64,000 bases of DNA from an uncultured Desulfarculus sp. (GCA_963665125.2 CAXXUK010000001.1:2048001-2112000); one strand, 5' to 3'; positions 37,145 through 47,415 are shown, counted from the first letter of the stretch. Notes: generated by a model from the letters alone, not told the origin. A program made the numbers and translations.

Positions 37145-38422
37145 TCAGGGATTGGTCGTATTTAACTCCAATAATACCACCTGCGTCTTTCTTTCAATGT
37201 GTTGTATCGATTTTCCTCTCAGCAGAAAAATATTATTATCGTTAACTATTGACATATCCAATGAGACATAGTCATTATCTGAATATAATAGGTATTCATT
37301 CGAAACATTCCCTTCCCCGTCCAATTGGAATAGGATTTCGGTAATATTGTCCTTACTGAAATCAACGAAATGTCCAAATAGCCATAACCTATTTTCTTTG
37401 ATTTTATAAACGGCAGAAGTAAATATTACACTATGCTTTGGGCTATACCATTTATTCACGGAAATATTCTTACGGGTGATGTTTTTCCCTGTACGATTAT
37501 AGCTGCTCCATAAAATATTTGTTTTTTCGCTTCCATCAAATCTCTGCCTGAATTCAGACATTATCAAAGTCACTTGGTCATTTTTCGGTTTTATCAAATA
37601 CGTATGCAGTATTAAATCTGTCATTCCCGGAGTATCCAACCACAACAACTTTCCATCACTATTAAATGAAGCAATAATGGCCTTGCTTTCATCTTTTTCA
37701 TTTTGAATGCCACCACCAGCGACGATTTGCTTACCAATCATAACCATACTAAGGAACCCACCACGATGGATATTAGTTAGTACGTTTTCCCAAATTATAG
37801 CTCCGTCCAAGTCTATTTTTCCAACCCACGGATGAGGTACGGCAAATTGATAGTCTGGAGGCAAAAAACATCGTTTAACACCTGCAAATGTTATTATACC
37901 ATCTTCACCAACATCTAATGCGCCGACAGTACATGAACATTTTGGGTCCTTCCAAACTCTTTGCCATAGCACTTTTCCACCAAGAGACACTTTTACCAAC
38001 CAAGGGTAATACGCTTTTTTCTCTTTCCAATTTAAATCGCACGAAAAAACAATTGTATTGTCGGCTGATAGCTTTAATTCATAAATTCGATGTACATCAC
38101 TTTCTGGACAAATGATCTTATTCCAAAGTTCTTCGCCATTCTTATCCAATCTGATTAGCCAAATACCTATTAATTTATTCTTTTGTTCAAATTTTGGTAT
38201 CGCGACAATTACACCGTCGCCTGGTATCGCGACTAACTTATAACCTTTCGCCAATTCCCTTGTCTCAAACGTCCTCTCCCATAGCACCTTTGGTTTCGGC
38301 GTATCAGGAGCAACAGGCGTTATGGTCAGATCAGCGGCATGGGCGGGCGTTGATATCAATGAAGTGAAGCAGAACAGGACCAGGCAAATTATCAGGGAAA
38401 CGCATGTTCTGAACTTGTCCAT
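37145..38422 (-). CDS. AT-rich exported hypothetical protein with beta-propeller-like repeats
   Basis: Signal peptide; repeated WLIRLDKNGEELW / WLVKVSLGGKVLW / WVGKIDLDGAIIW / FNSDGKLLW units. Confidence 0.75.
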   Translation of the reverse strand: MDKFRTCVSLIICLVLFCFTSLISTPAHAADLTITPVAPDTPKPKVLWERTFETRELAKGYKLVAIPGDGVIVAIPKFEQKNKLIGIWLIRLDKNGEELWNKIICPESDVHRIYELKLSADNTIVFSCDLNWKEKKAYYPWLVKVSLGGKVLWQRVWKDPKCSCTVGALDVGEDGIITFAGVKRCFLPPDYQFAVPHPWVGKIDLDGAIIWENVLTNIHRGGFLSMVMIGKQIVAGGGIQNEKDESKAIIASFNSDGKLLWLDTPGMTDLILHTYLIKPKNDQVTLIMSEFRQRFDGSEKTNILWSSYNRTGKNITRKNISVNKWYSPKHSVIFTSAVYKIKENRLWLFGHFVDFSKDNITEILFQLDGEGNVSNEYLLYSDNDYVSLDMSIVNDNNIFLLRGKSIQHIERKTQVVLLELNTTNP

Positions 38423-38540
38423 CACGCACCCCCGCTTATGATTTGCCCACCTGTCAACAAAACGCCTCGGCATCCCTAAATACGCACGCAATCCTCCGCA
38501 TGTCAATGCGCCCGGCATTGCAACGCCGAGCCGTGGGCAT

Positions 38541-38574
38541 AAAAAAAGCCCGGACGCGACTACCGCGCCCGGGC
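38541..38574 (-). terminator. Rho-independent terminator
   Basis: Minus strand reads GCCCGGGCGCG-GTAGT-CGCGTCCGGGC-TTTTTTT, after the flavoprotein gene. Confidence 0.8.
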
Positions 38575-38609
38575 CACCCCACGAGCAACACGTTGCTCTT
38601 TTTGTCGGC

Positions 38610-39413
38610 CTACTTGGCCGACTTCTTCTTTTTCTTGGCCTCGGCGATGGTGGCCTTGCGCCACTCGCGCACCGATTCCGGGTCCTTGGCCAGCCTGGGG
38701 GCCTTGGGCTGCTTTACATATGACTCAAAGCCCTCATACAGGCCCGCCTCGTCCCAATGCACAAAGTCGTGCTCCATGACGTCCTTGTTCTCGGCCACCA
38801 GGTTGCCCATGAAGCGCCAGAAGAACAGGTCGTTCTCGTTGGGCGGGAACATGCGCTTTTCCTTGATGGCCACGGCCAGGTCCCGGGCCATGTCGGCCGC
38901 CCGCTGCATCACGGCGTCCTTGCCCACGAACTCGCCGGGGCTCACGGCGATGGCCGCCAGCCTGTTCAGGGGATAGGCCCCGAATATGCGCAGGACCATG
39001 GCCAGGTAGTCGGCCACCTTGACGTCGTACATGCCCGCCGACACGCTCACGGCCAGGCCCGGCTTCCAGGTCGGCTGGGGCTTGTGGCCGTAGGGCAGCG
39101 AACGGTCCAGGAAGGTCTTCATCTGGGCCGTGCAGTTCATGACATACACCGGGCTGCCCAGAATCACGCCGTCGGCGTCCAAGACCTTTTTGGCCACCTC
39201 GTTGTAGTCGTCGTCATTTATCCAGCATTTGCCCTTGTCCAGGCACAGGGCGCAGCCGATACAGTAGTCGATCTGCTTGTCGGCCAGAAAGATGTGCTCC
39301 ATCTCCACGCCGTGCTCGGCCAGGCCCTTGCCGATGGCGTCGATGAGCTGGGATGTGTTGCCGAAACCCACATGGGGCGATCCGTTTACCGCTACAACCT
39401 TGTACTCGGCCAT
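38610..39413 (-). CDS. Iron-sulfur flavoprotein / flavodoxin-fold FMN reductase
   Basis: VNGSPH..GNT, CIGCALC-x5-C, GSPVY and QMKTFLDR. Confidence 0.88.
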   Translation of the reverse strand: MAEYKVVAVNGSPHVGFGNTSQLIDAIGKGLAEHGVEMEHIFLADKQIDYCIGCALCLDKGKCWINDDDYNEVAKKVLDADGVILGSPVYVMNCTAQMKTFLDRSLPYGHKPQPTWKPGLAVSVSAGMYDVKVADYLAMVLRIFGAYPLNRLAAIAVSPGEFVGKDAVMQRAADMARDLAVAIKEKRMFPPNENDLFFWRFMGNLVAENKDVMEHDFVHWDEAGLYEGFESYVKQPKAPRLAKDPESVREWRKATIAEAKKKKKSAK

Positions 39414-39432
39414 TTCAACCTCCTGAAACCGG

Positions 39433-40032
39433 TCAAGCCAGACCGATCTTCCTTTGATAATGTTGCGGGTACCATTTATTGAACCGCCTGCCCACCAGGA
39501 TCATCAGCACCGTGGGCAAGACGCCTTCCATCGTGACTCTCATGGGCGGGTTTCTAAGGCCCAAAGCAGAGGGGGCAGCCGCCAAGAATATTGCGATAAT
39601 GAACAACAGGGCCCAAACAGCGGTCATGCGGCGGTTTATGGTCTTGAAAATATCGGTCTGCCAAACCTCGGGCGGCGCGTTCTTGCGGGCGAAATATTCG
39701 GTAAAAGGCCGCATGCCCAGGATCAGGGGACCGGCCACGGCGCCCAGCAGCGCCAGGTAGATCAAGGCCACGGCGTATTTAGCCCCGAATCCGGCCAGGC
39801 CTGCCACCGGCAGCCAAAACGCCACGGCAAACAAAACAAAATATGCGCCAAAGCCTTTGTCTATGGCCGATGTGCCGTGTTTGGCCGTCTGCCAGGCCAA
39901 TAGCGGCAGGTACGCCACCGCGCACGCAAGGGCCAAGGGGCGGACCGTGTCCGGGGCATAGCCAACCAGCTCGGACCAGGTTACGAGCACAGCGGCCAGC
40001 ACCGGCCCGGCATAGGAACAGACGCTAGTCAT
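39433..40032 (-). CDS. Membrane protein, unknown function
   Basis: About 6 TM segments; RPFTEYFARK..PPEVW..DIFKTINRRMTAVW; start overlaps the merR stop. Confidence 0.75.
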   Translation of the reverse strand: MTSVCSYAGPVLAAVLVTWSELVGYAPDTVRPLALACAVAYLPLLAWQTAKHGTSAIDKGFGAYFVLFAVAFWLPVAGLAGFGAKYAVALIYLALLGAVAGPLILGMRPFTEYFARKNAPPEVWQTDIFKTINRRMTAVWALLFIIAIFLAAAPSALGLRNPPMRVTMEGVLPTVLMILVGRRFNKWYPQHYQRKIGLA

Positions 40033-40729
40033 GAAGCGTGTCTCCATCCTTGAGATGCCTGCTCTTGGCGATGCGGTGCTGAAAGAGGCGGTCGATGACG
40101 TAACTGCGCATGGCTCTGGCGTTGGTGACCATCGTCCTGGTGGTTTCGGCGTCCTGCTCATAGGGCAGATCAACGGTGACTTTATGCCGCAGCGCCATTT
40201 CATGGTTGACGATCTGGCGTCCCAGCTCGTTGTAAAAGCTCATGGCATCGGCGGACATGCCATTGGCCAGGCCCCGGGCCATCACCGCGCCCAAGGCAAT
40301 GTCCTGCTCATCGAACAGTCCGGGCTCCATGGGCAGCAGCAGGCCCGCGTCCAAAAACTCGCCGGCCTGCTCGCGGGTCAGGCCGCATCGTTGACAGAAT
40401 GTCTTCAAATCGACCTTTTCGCCGGAGTTGTCGCCGAACACCGTACGGTTTAGCTCCACCAGGGGCGTGATGTCGCGGCCCTGATCCTCGGAGCGCAACA
40501 GCTTGGCTATGCGGTCCAGGCTCAGGCCATGCTCCATTTGCAGGTGTTTGATGCGGGCAAGGCGGTCGACGCAGGCGGCGTCGTAGTGGGCCATGTTGGG
40601 GCTAGTTTTGTGGGGCTTTGGCAGCAGGCCCTTTTCCACGTACAAAAGGATCGTGGACTTTGGTACGCCCGACGCCTCCACAAGCTGCTTCATTTTCATC
40701 GTAGTTTTATTGCCTGATGGCTTGTCCAT
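40025..40729 (-). CDS. MerR-family transcriptional regulator
   Basis: MKMKQLVEASGVPKSTILLYVEKGLLPKP..TSPNMAHY. Confidence 0.9.
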   Translation of the reverse strand: MDKPSGNKTTMKMKQLVEASGVPKSTILLYVEKGLLPKPHKTSPNMAHYDAACVDRLARIKHLQMEHGLSLDRIAKLLRSEDQGRDITPLVELNRTVFGDNSGEKVDLKTFCQRCGLTREQAGEFLDAGLLLPMEPGLFDEQDIALGAVMARGLANGMSADAMSFYNELGRQIVNHEMALRHKVTVDLPYEQDAETTRTMVTNARAMRSYVIDRLFQHRIAKSRHLKDGDTLHD

Positions 40730-40751
40730 TTCGCCTCTCATCTCCGGGAGC

Positions 40752-40806
40752 ACTGTATATTCAAAACCATTAAACTGTCAAGTGCCAAGTTTGCACTTTA
40801 CAGTTT
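40752..40806 (-). promoter_or_regulatory. sigma70 promoter with overlapping inverted repeat upstream of the MerR gene
   Basis: Minus strand TTGACA-18-TACAGT. The inverted repeat AAACTGTcAAGTGC-N7-GCACTTtACAGTTT (40772-40806) covers the -35. Confidence 0.55.
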
Positions 40807-40813
40807 TTTCCTT

Positions 40814-40849
40814 AAAAAAAAGGCAGCCCCCCGAAATGGAGGCCGCCTT
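40814..40849 (-). terminator. Rho-independent terminator of the RND operon
   Basis: Minus strand reads AAGGCGGCCTCC-ATTTC-GGGGGGCTGCC-TTTTTTTT. Confidence 0.8.
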
Positions 40850-40870
40850 GAAGTTGCTTTTTCCCGCCCG

Positions 40871-43800
40871 TCAGGCCCGGGAACCGCTCCTGCGTCTGGC
40901 GAAACGGGCCTTGAGGCCGTCGCTGAGCGAACACAGCACAGGCACCACCACCAACGTAAGCAGGGTGGCCACGGCCAGGCCGAAGATCACGGCAATGGCC
41001 ATGGAGCCCCACCACTGGGACGACTCGCTGCCGATGTCCAGGCGCATGTTGGTGAAGTCAAATGCCACGCCGGTGGCCATGGGCAACAGGCCCAGAATGG
41101 TGGTGATGGCCGTGAGCATCACCGGCCGGAAGCGGGTGAGCCCCGCCCGCACCAGGGCATCGTGGATGGACAGACCCTGGGCCTTTAGCTGTTCATAATA
41201 GTCGATGAGCACGATGGCGTTGTTGACCACCACGCCGGCCAGGCTTATCACGCCCACGCCGGTCATGATCACGCCGAAGGCCGTGTTGGTTATCAACAGG
41301 CCGATAAACACGCCGATGAGCGACAAAATCACCGAGGTCAAGATGATCAGCGGCGTCACGGCCGAGTTGAACTGGGTCACCAGCACCAGGAAGATGATGA
41401 ACAAAGTGGCGATGAAAGCCCGGCTGAGGAACTGCGACGACTTGGCCTGCTCTTCCTGTTCGCCGGTAAAGCTGTATTCATAGCCCCTTGGCCATTCCAT
41501 GCCGGCGATGCGCGCCTTGATGTCGACGATGATGTCGTTGGCCAGGCGGCCCGAGTTGTTGCCCGAGACCGTCACCACCCGCCGCTGGTCAACGCGGCTG
41601 ATGGAGCCCAGGCCGCTGCCCAACTCGATGTGGGCCAGGCTGGTCAGGGGGATGGGCACGCCGTTGGCGCCGGACACTGTTATGCGTTTGAGGCCCTCCA
41701 AGGACTTGCGGTCTTTCTCGGGCAGGCGCACGATGATGTCGTATTCATCCTTGCCCTCGCGGTAAACGCCAGCCTTGGCCCCGTTGATGGCCGCCTTGAC
41801 CGTATAGGCTATGGTGTAGGTGTCCAGGCCCATCAAGGCGGCCTTTTCCTTGTCCACCCGCACCTTGATCTCCGGCTTGGAGCGCACGTAGTTGTCCTTC
41901 AAGTCCACCAGGCCGGGCACGTCCTTGATCCGACGGCGCACCTCGGCGGCCAGATCGCCAAGCTTATGGATGTCCTTGCCCGATATCTCCAGGTTCACCG
42001 GCGGGCCGGTGGGCGGGCCGTCCTTTTGTTTTTCCACCCGCACCTCGGCGCCCTTGATCGTCTTCAAGAGTTTTTCGCGCACCTCGTCGACGACTTCGGT
42101 GGACGGCCTGCTGCGGTCGTGGAAGTCCTTGAAGTCCATGGTAACCCGGCTGACGTGGGTTCCCACGCCCTCGCTGTCCCACCCGGCGCTGACCGAGCCG
42201 GTGTTGGCTATGACGTACTTCAGATCCTTGTACGGCTTGAGCACCTCTTCAACCTGGCGGACTATCCGATCCGAGGCGTCCAGGTTGGTACGTTCCGGGG
42301 CCTTGATGTTCACGTGGGCCTTGTTGGGGTCGGCCTCGGGGAAGAACTCGGTTCCCTTGCCAAAGGCCCCGTAAAGGATCACCACCACGATCAGCAGCAC
42401 GAACGACAGGCTGACCACCATCAGGCGGTGACGCAGGGCGAATTCCAGGGTGCCTTTATACAGGCTCCGGAAACGGCCCAGGTCTTCCAGGTTGTCATCG
42501 GTCATCTTCATGGGCTTGACCGTCTGGTAACGGGCCGAAAGAACCGGGTTGATGACCAGGGCCACGAACAGCGACGAACTCAGCGCCAGGATCAGCGTTT
42601 TGGGCAAGTAACCCATGAACTCGCCCATGACGTCGGGCCAGAAAAGCATGGGGAAAAACGCGCCCAGGGTGGTGATGGTCGACGTAGTCACCGGCCAGGC
42701 CACCTCGTTGGTGCCGTCTATGGCCGCCTGCATGCGGCTCTTGCCCTCCTGCATATGGCGGTAGATGTTCTCCACGATGACGATGCCGTTGTCCACAAGC
42801 ATGCCCAGGGCCAGAATCAGCGAGAACAGCACCACCATGTTCAGGGTGATGTTCAGGGCCCACAGCAGGGCAAAGGTCATAAGCATGGACAGGGGGATGG
42901 CCGAGGCCACGAACAGCGCCGAACGGCCGCCGATGAACAGGAAAACCACCACCAGCACCAGCACCAGGCCGGTGAGGATGTTGTTTTCCAGGTCGGCGAC
43001 CATGTTGCGCACCTCGTCCGAGGCGTCGGAGGTCAGGTTGATCTTCAACGTTGGCGGCAATTCGGACCGCATTTCCCCGACCAGCGCCTTGATGGCGTCG
43101 TTGATCCGCAGGATGTTTTCGCCGGAGCGCTTGGTGATATTGAGCGTCACGCTCTGGGCGCCGTTGATGCGGCTGCGGGTGCGCGGGTCCTTGTAGTGGT
43201 CGCGGATGGTGGCCACGTCACGCAGATAGACCGGTTTGCCGTCGCGCACAAAGGCCACGATGCTGAAGATCTCGCTGGGGTGCTGGAAATCCTCGGGCAC
43301 CCGGACCATGTATTTGCCGTCGCCGATGTCCATGGTGCCGCCGGGCATGTTCACGTTGCCCTGGACTACCGATTGGACCATGGAGCTGAACGGCACATTG
43401 TAGGCCCGCACCCTATCCAGGTCGAACTCCACGTGGATCTCGCGCTCCAGGCCGCCGATGATCTCGGCGTCCAACACGCCGGGTATGGACTCTATGCGAT
43501 CCTCGAACTCCTCGGCAAAGACCTTGAGCCGCTTGAGGCTGAACGGACCGCTGAGCACAACCTGGAGGATCGGCCAGTCAGAGGAGCTGACTTCGTCGAT
43601 GACCGGGTCGTCCGGCAGATCGGCCGGCAGGTCCTGCTTGGCCTGGTCCACCTTGTCGCGGACCTTTTGCAGGGCATCGTCGGTGCTCACTCCGGTGAGG
43701 AACTTCAGCGCGATGCTGGATATGCCCTCGGCCGAGGTGGAGCGCATCTCCTCCACCCCATTGATACCCTTGAGCTTGCGCTCGATGGGGATGGTTATGA

Positions 43801-43984
43801 GTTTTTCCATGTCCGCCGGGGCCACCCCCTCGAAGGTGGTGGTTATGATCACGTAGGGGATGTTTACGTCCGGCGCGGACTCGCGGGGCAGGATCGAATA
43901 GGCATACAATCCCGCCACAACAATAATGACCAACAGCACCAGTACCGTGGACTGGCGCTTCAGGGCGACTTCGTTGAGCAGCAT
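40871..43984 (-). CDS. RND efflux permease (AcrB/CzcA superfamily)
   Basis: 1037 aa; GMLVDNGIVIVENI, GVVVNNAIVLID and RFRPVMLTAITT. Confidence 0.95.
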   Translation of the reverse strand: MLLNEVALKRQSTVLVLLVIIVVAGLYAYSILPRESAPDVNIPYVIITTTFEGVAPADMEKLITIPIERKLKGINGVEEMRSTSAEGISSIALKFLTGVSTDDALQKVRDKVDQAKQDLPADLPDDPVIDEVSSSDWPILQVVLSGPFSLKRLKVFAEEFEDRIESIPGVLDAEIIGGLEREIHVEFDLDRVRAYNVPFSSMVQSVVQGNVNMPGGTMDIGDGKYMVRVPEDFQHPSEIFSIVAFVRDGKPVYLRDVATIRDHYKDPRTRSRINGAQSVTLNITKRSGENILRINDAIKALVGEMRSELPPTLKINLTSDASDEVRNMVADLENNILTGLVLVLVVVFLFIGGRSALFVASAIPLSMLMTFALLWALNITLNMVVLFSLILALGMLVDNGIVIVENIYRHMQEGKSRMQAAIDGTNEVAWPVTTSTITTLGAFFPMLFWPDVMGEFMGYLPKTLILALSSSLFVALVINPVLSARYQTVKPMKMTDDNLEDLGRFRSLYKGTLEFALRHRLMVVSLSFVLLIVVVILYGAFGKGTEFFPEADPNKAHVNIKAPERTNLDASDRIVRQVEEVLKPYKDLKYVIANTGSVSAGWDSEGVGTHVSRVTMDFKDFHDRSRPSTEVVDEVREKLLKTIKGAEVRVEKQKDGPPTGPPVNLEISGKDIHKLGDLAAEVRRRIKDVPGLVDLKDNYVRSKPEIKVRVDKEKAALMGLDTYTIAYTVKAAINGAKAGVYREGKDEYDIIVRLPEKDRKSLEGLKRITVSGANGVPIPLTSLAHIELGSGLGSISRVDQRRVVTVSGNNSGRLANDIIVDIKARIAGMEWPRGYEYSFTGEQEEQAKSSQFLSRAFIATLFIIFLVLVTQFNSAVTPLIILTSVILSLIGVFIGLLITNTAFGVIMTGVGVISLAGVVVNNAIVLIDYYEQLKAQGLSIHDALVRAGLTRFRPVMLTAITTILGLLPMATGVAFDFTNMRLDIGSESSQWWGSMAIAVIFGLAVATLLTLVVVPVLCSLSDGLKARFARRRSGSRA

Positions 43985-43985
43985 T

Positions 43986-45038
43986 TTATTGCACCTGGAC
44001 CTTGATTCCGTCTTCGATGTCGTTTTGGCCCATCACAATCAGGTTTTCACCGGCCTCGAGGCCCTTGGTGATCTGAATGCGGTCCAGTTCGACCACGCCC
44101 AATTCCACGGTGCGGGCCTGGGCGATTCCGTCCTTTTCAACAAAAACCAGGCGTTCGCCGCCCTTGTCCACCAGCGCGCCCAGCGGCGCGGCCACGGCGT
44201 TCTCGATGGTCTGCTTGAGGAACGCGGCCCGGGCGATCATGCCGGGGCGGATGCGCCCGTCGGCATTGTCCACCACCACCCTGGCGTGAAAAGTCTTGGT
44301 GGCCGGGTCGGCCTTGAAGGCCACGAAATCAACCGCGCCGTACCATTCCTCGCCGGGATAGGCGTCCAGGGTGATCCGGGAAGGATCGCCAACTTTTATG
44401 TAGCGGACGTCCAACTCGGGCACATTGACGTTAACCCGGATCTTTTCGGTATTGACGATCTCGGCCACGGGTTTGCCCTGGTCGGCAAATTCACCCTGGT
44501 CCACATACAGCTTGTTGACCCGGCCGTTGATGGGCGAACGCACGAACCCCTTTTGGTACATAACCTTGGCCTCGCGCAGATTGTTGTCGGCCACCACCCT
44601 TGCCGTCTCGATCTTGTCGTATTCTTCCTGGCCGATGACGCCCTTGCCGATGAGCTTTTTGCGGCGCTGGGCCTGGTCTTCGGCCATTTTGTAATTGGCC
44701 TCGGCCCGGTCCAGGGCGGTCTTCAGCGTGTCGACATCGATCTTGGCCAACAGTTGGCCTTTTTTCAGAAGGTCGCCTTCAATGACCTCCATGGATTCCA
44801 CCTGGCCGCCCAAATCCGCGGCCAAGACGACATCCTCGATAGCTTCGGTTTCGCCGGGCAGGACCAACGCGTCGCGCAGGACCGTGGGTTCCACCTTGAC
44901 AACACTGACCTTGATCGCGCCATTGCCCGTGGGTGTTTTCGTTGTACCGGCTTCAGACCCGTCACAGCCGGTCAGGGCCAAAAAAAGCGCGACCAGCGCC
45001 AACAGAAGTGGCGCGACGTAAGCCTGTTTGTGGGGCAT
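43986..45038 (-). CDS. RND periplasmic adaptor (MFP) lipoprotein
   Basis: Lipobox LTGC; EGDLLKKGQLLAKID, VRSPING, IRPGM. Confidence 0.92.
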   Translation of the reverse strand: MPHKQAYVAPLLLALVALFLALTGCDGSEAGTTKTPTGNGAIKVSVVKVEPTVLRDALVLPGETEAIEDVVLAADLGGQVESMEVIEGDLLKKGQLLAKIDVDTLKTALDRAEANYKMAEDQAQRRKKLIGKGVIGQEEYDKIETARVVADNNLREAKVMYQKGFVRSPINGRVNKLYVDQGEFADQGKPVAEIVNTEKIRVNVNVPELDVRYIKVGDPSRITLDAYPGEEWYGAVDFVAFKADPATKTFHARVVVDNADGRIRPGMIARAAFLKQTIENAVAAPLGALVDKGGERLVFVEKDGIAQARTVELGVVELDRIQITKGLEAGENLIVMGQNDIEDGIKVQVQ

Positions 45039-45260
45039 TGTTGAGCTCTCCTCGTGTGGGGGCCGGTGGGCGCACCGGTGCCCTTGGATGTGCCGTGGGG
45101 AATTCAATAATAGTGGATGCGATGGGGTTTGTCACCACTATAGGTGGCATATACAAAATAAATTTAACACTGTAATAATAACGTAACCCGACTGACTAAA
45201 TATCTCCCAACTCAGCCGGGCGGCTAAACGAAAATCATTTTCACAACTGCTGGTTACAAC

Positions 45261-46040
45261 CTATTGCTGGGATTGCTCCTTCCAGATGTCCATGACCTTT
45301 TCCATGACGTTTACCGGGGCCGCCCCAATGACCGGAACACCGTTGATCAGATAAGACGGAGTACTGCCCAGGCGGAACTTGATTGCCTCGGCCTCATCGT
45401 CCTTGATCCTCTTTTCCAGGGCGGGATCGGCCAGATCGGCCGCAAGGCGCTGTTGGTCCAAATCCATATCCCCGGCCATTTCCTCCAAACCGGCAATACC
45501 CTTTTCACCGAGTTGCTGGCGATTTTTAAACACCTGCGCTTGAAACTCCCAGGCCTTTTCCTGGTCCTGGCGGGCTATGGCCTCGAAATACAGCGCGGCC
45601 TTGCGTGAAAAATCATCCGAAGGATAATGCTTAAGCACGGCCATTATCTGTCCTGGCCGCTTTTTCATCAAATCCGGGATCATCCGTTCATTGGCGCCGC
45701 AGGCCCCGCAGGAAAAATCGGTATAGATCACAATCTTATACGGCGCTTCCGGTTTGCCCAATGCCGCGCGCCCCCCGGACAAATCCGGCTGTAAGGGCTC
45801 CTTGATGGACTTTTTAATCTGTTTGACCCAGGCCTTTTCCTGGGCAATGGAGGCGCCCTTGGCGGCTATGTCATAGATTTGCTCGGGTTGGCTTTGCAAC
45901 ACCTCCATGACGATTTCCGGATGCTGTTTGAGAAGGCGCTTTAATGTGTCCATTATCTGCTCGTCGGTCGCAGCGCCCGCAGGGCCAGCGGTCATACAGA
46001 TTATGGCGACAACCCCATACAATAAGATGCGTTTAAGCAC
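45261..46040 (-). CDS. DsbA-family thiol-disulfide oxidoreductase
   Basis: GTG after AAAGGAG; signal peptide; LKQHPEIV, YTDFSCGAC and GSTPSYLING. Confidence 0.85.
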   Translation of the reverse strand: MLKRILLYGVVAIICMTAGPAGAATDEQIMDTLKRLLKQHPEIVMEVLQSQPEQIYDIAAKGASIAQEKAWVKQIKKSIKEPLQPDLSGGRAALGKPEAPYKIVIYTDFSCGACGANERMIPDLMKKRPGQIMAVLKHYPSDDFSRKAALYFEAIARQDQEKAWEFQAQVFKNRQQLGEKGIAGLEEMAGDMDLDQQRLAADLADPALEKRIKDDEAEAIKFRLGSTPSYLINGVPVIGAAPVNVMEKVMDIWKEQSQQ

Positions 46041-46231
46041 GGAGACTCTCCTTTGGGTGCACGGTGGTGAATACGCTTCCCTATACATGCCGATAACAGC
46101 GTACAAAATAACAGCATTTGGTTACGAAGCGCAATATTGATGCAAACATGCTTTACAATTGAGATATGTAAACTACCAGGTATTATTAAGGACCTAATTA
46201 TCCAGACTGCACATGCGGAGACCTCAAACAG

Positions 46232-47371
46232 ATGAGTCAACCCATGGAAACCGCATTCGCTCCAGCGGAGCGTGCGACAGCGGAAGTCGTTGAAAAGCAA
46301 TCGCAATCGATCTGCGCCCAGCCCCTGGCCATGCACGTTGTCGAAGGCATGCCTCATGCGGTGATGGTGCTAAACAAATACCGCCAAATCGTCATGGTCA
46401 ACGCCGCGTTTTTGGGTTTGATCCAAAAGCCCCTGTTGCAGATATTGGGCAAACGCCCCGGCGAAGCCCTTGGCTGCATCAATGCCGGCAAGACTCCGGG
46501 CGGGTGCGGCACCACCGAAGCCTGCCGGGATTGCGGTGCGGTACTGGCGATTTTAGCGGCCCAGGAAGGCCAGGCAGGCAACGGAGAATGCTGTCTTCGC
46601 CTGGACGCTCAGGGCCATGGGGCTGATCTGGAGTTGGCTGTCAGCACTTCACCCATGGAAGTCGAAGAAGAATCATATGTTCTCGCTTGCGCAACGGATA
46701 TCAGCGCCACAAAGCGCCGCCGCTCCCTTGAACGCATTTTCTTTCATGACGTTCTCAACAGCATAAGCAACCTCACGGGCTTTGCCCACCTGTTAAATAC
46801 GCCCAATAATGATAACCAGGCCAGGCACGCCCAACTCATCGAGCAAACGGCAAACAAGCTCATCGAAGAAATCGCCATTCAAAAAGACCTGATCGCCGCG
46901 GAAAACGGCGAGTTGAAGACCATACCCTTCACCTGCCGCTCCATGCAAATCATAGCCCAGGCCGTTGACACATGCCGGGCCCAGGAAACAATACGCAAAC
47001 GCAATATCGTCGTCGATCAAACGAGCGAACAGTTGGAACTGTACACCGACCCCATGCTGCTAAGCCGCGTTCTGATCAACATGCTGAAAAACGCCCTGGA
47101 GGCCAGCGACGAAAGCAAGACCATTACCATAGGCAGCAAACAGATCGGCGACAAACTGCGTTTCTGGGTGCATAATCCGGAATTTATTCCTAAAGCCAAC
47201 CATGAGTTCATATTCCACCGGTCCTTTTCCACCAAAAGCTCCGATCGCGGCCTGGGGACGTACGGAATGTACCTGATCTCCACCCGCTACCTCAAAGGCA
47301 GCATTGGATTCGAATCCAGCCCCGACAAGGGAACCACCTTTTACGTGGACCTTCCCAAAATGCTACAATAG
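46232..47371 (+). CDS. Cytoplasmic PAS-domain sensor histidine kinase
   Basis: PAS-like N-terminus, FFHDVLN H-box, NMLKNALEA, FSTK..GLG and GTTF. Confidence 0.9.
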   Translation: MSQPMETAFAPAERATAEVVEKQSQSICAQPLAMHVVEGMPHAVMVLNKYRQIVMVNAAFLGLIQKPLLQILGKRPGEALGCINAGKTPGGCGTTEACRDCGAVLAILAAQEGQAGNGECCLRLDAQGHGADLELAVSTSPMEVEEESYVLACATDISATKRRRSLERIFFHDVLNSISNLTGFAHLLNTPNNDNQARHAQLIEQTANKLIEEIAIQKDLIAAENGELKTIPFTCRSMQIIAQAVDTCRAQETIRKRNIVVDQTSEQLELYTDPMLLSRVLINMLKNALEASDESKTITIGSKQIGDKLRFWVHNPEFIPKANHEFIFHRSFSTKSSDRGLGTYGMYLISTRYLKGSIGFESSPDKGTTFYVDLPKMLQ

Positions 47372-47415
47372 CCGCCTGAACGCACCCCACCACAGCGAAT
47401 ACCATGGAGGCTATC

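Noticed and set aside
37000..38520. Prophage or IS element at the AT-rich region
   Set aside because: No integrase, transposase, terminal inverted repeats or att-like direct repeats seen.
41630..44005. 791-aa + strand ORF
   Set aside because: Antisense shadow of the RND permease.
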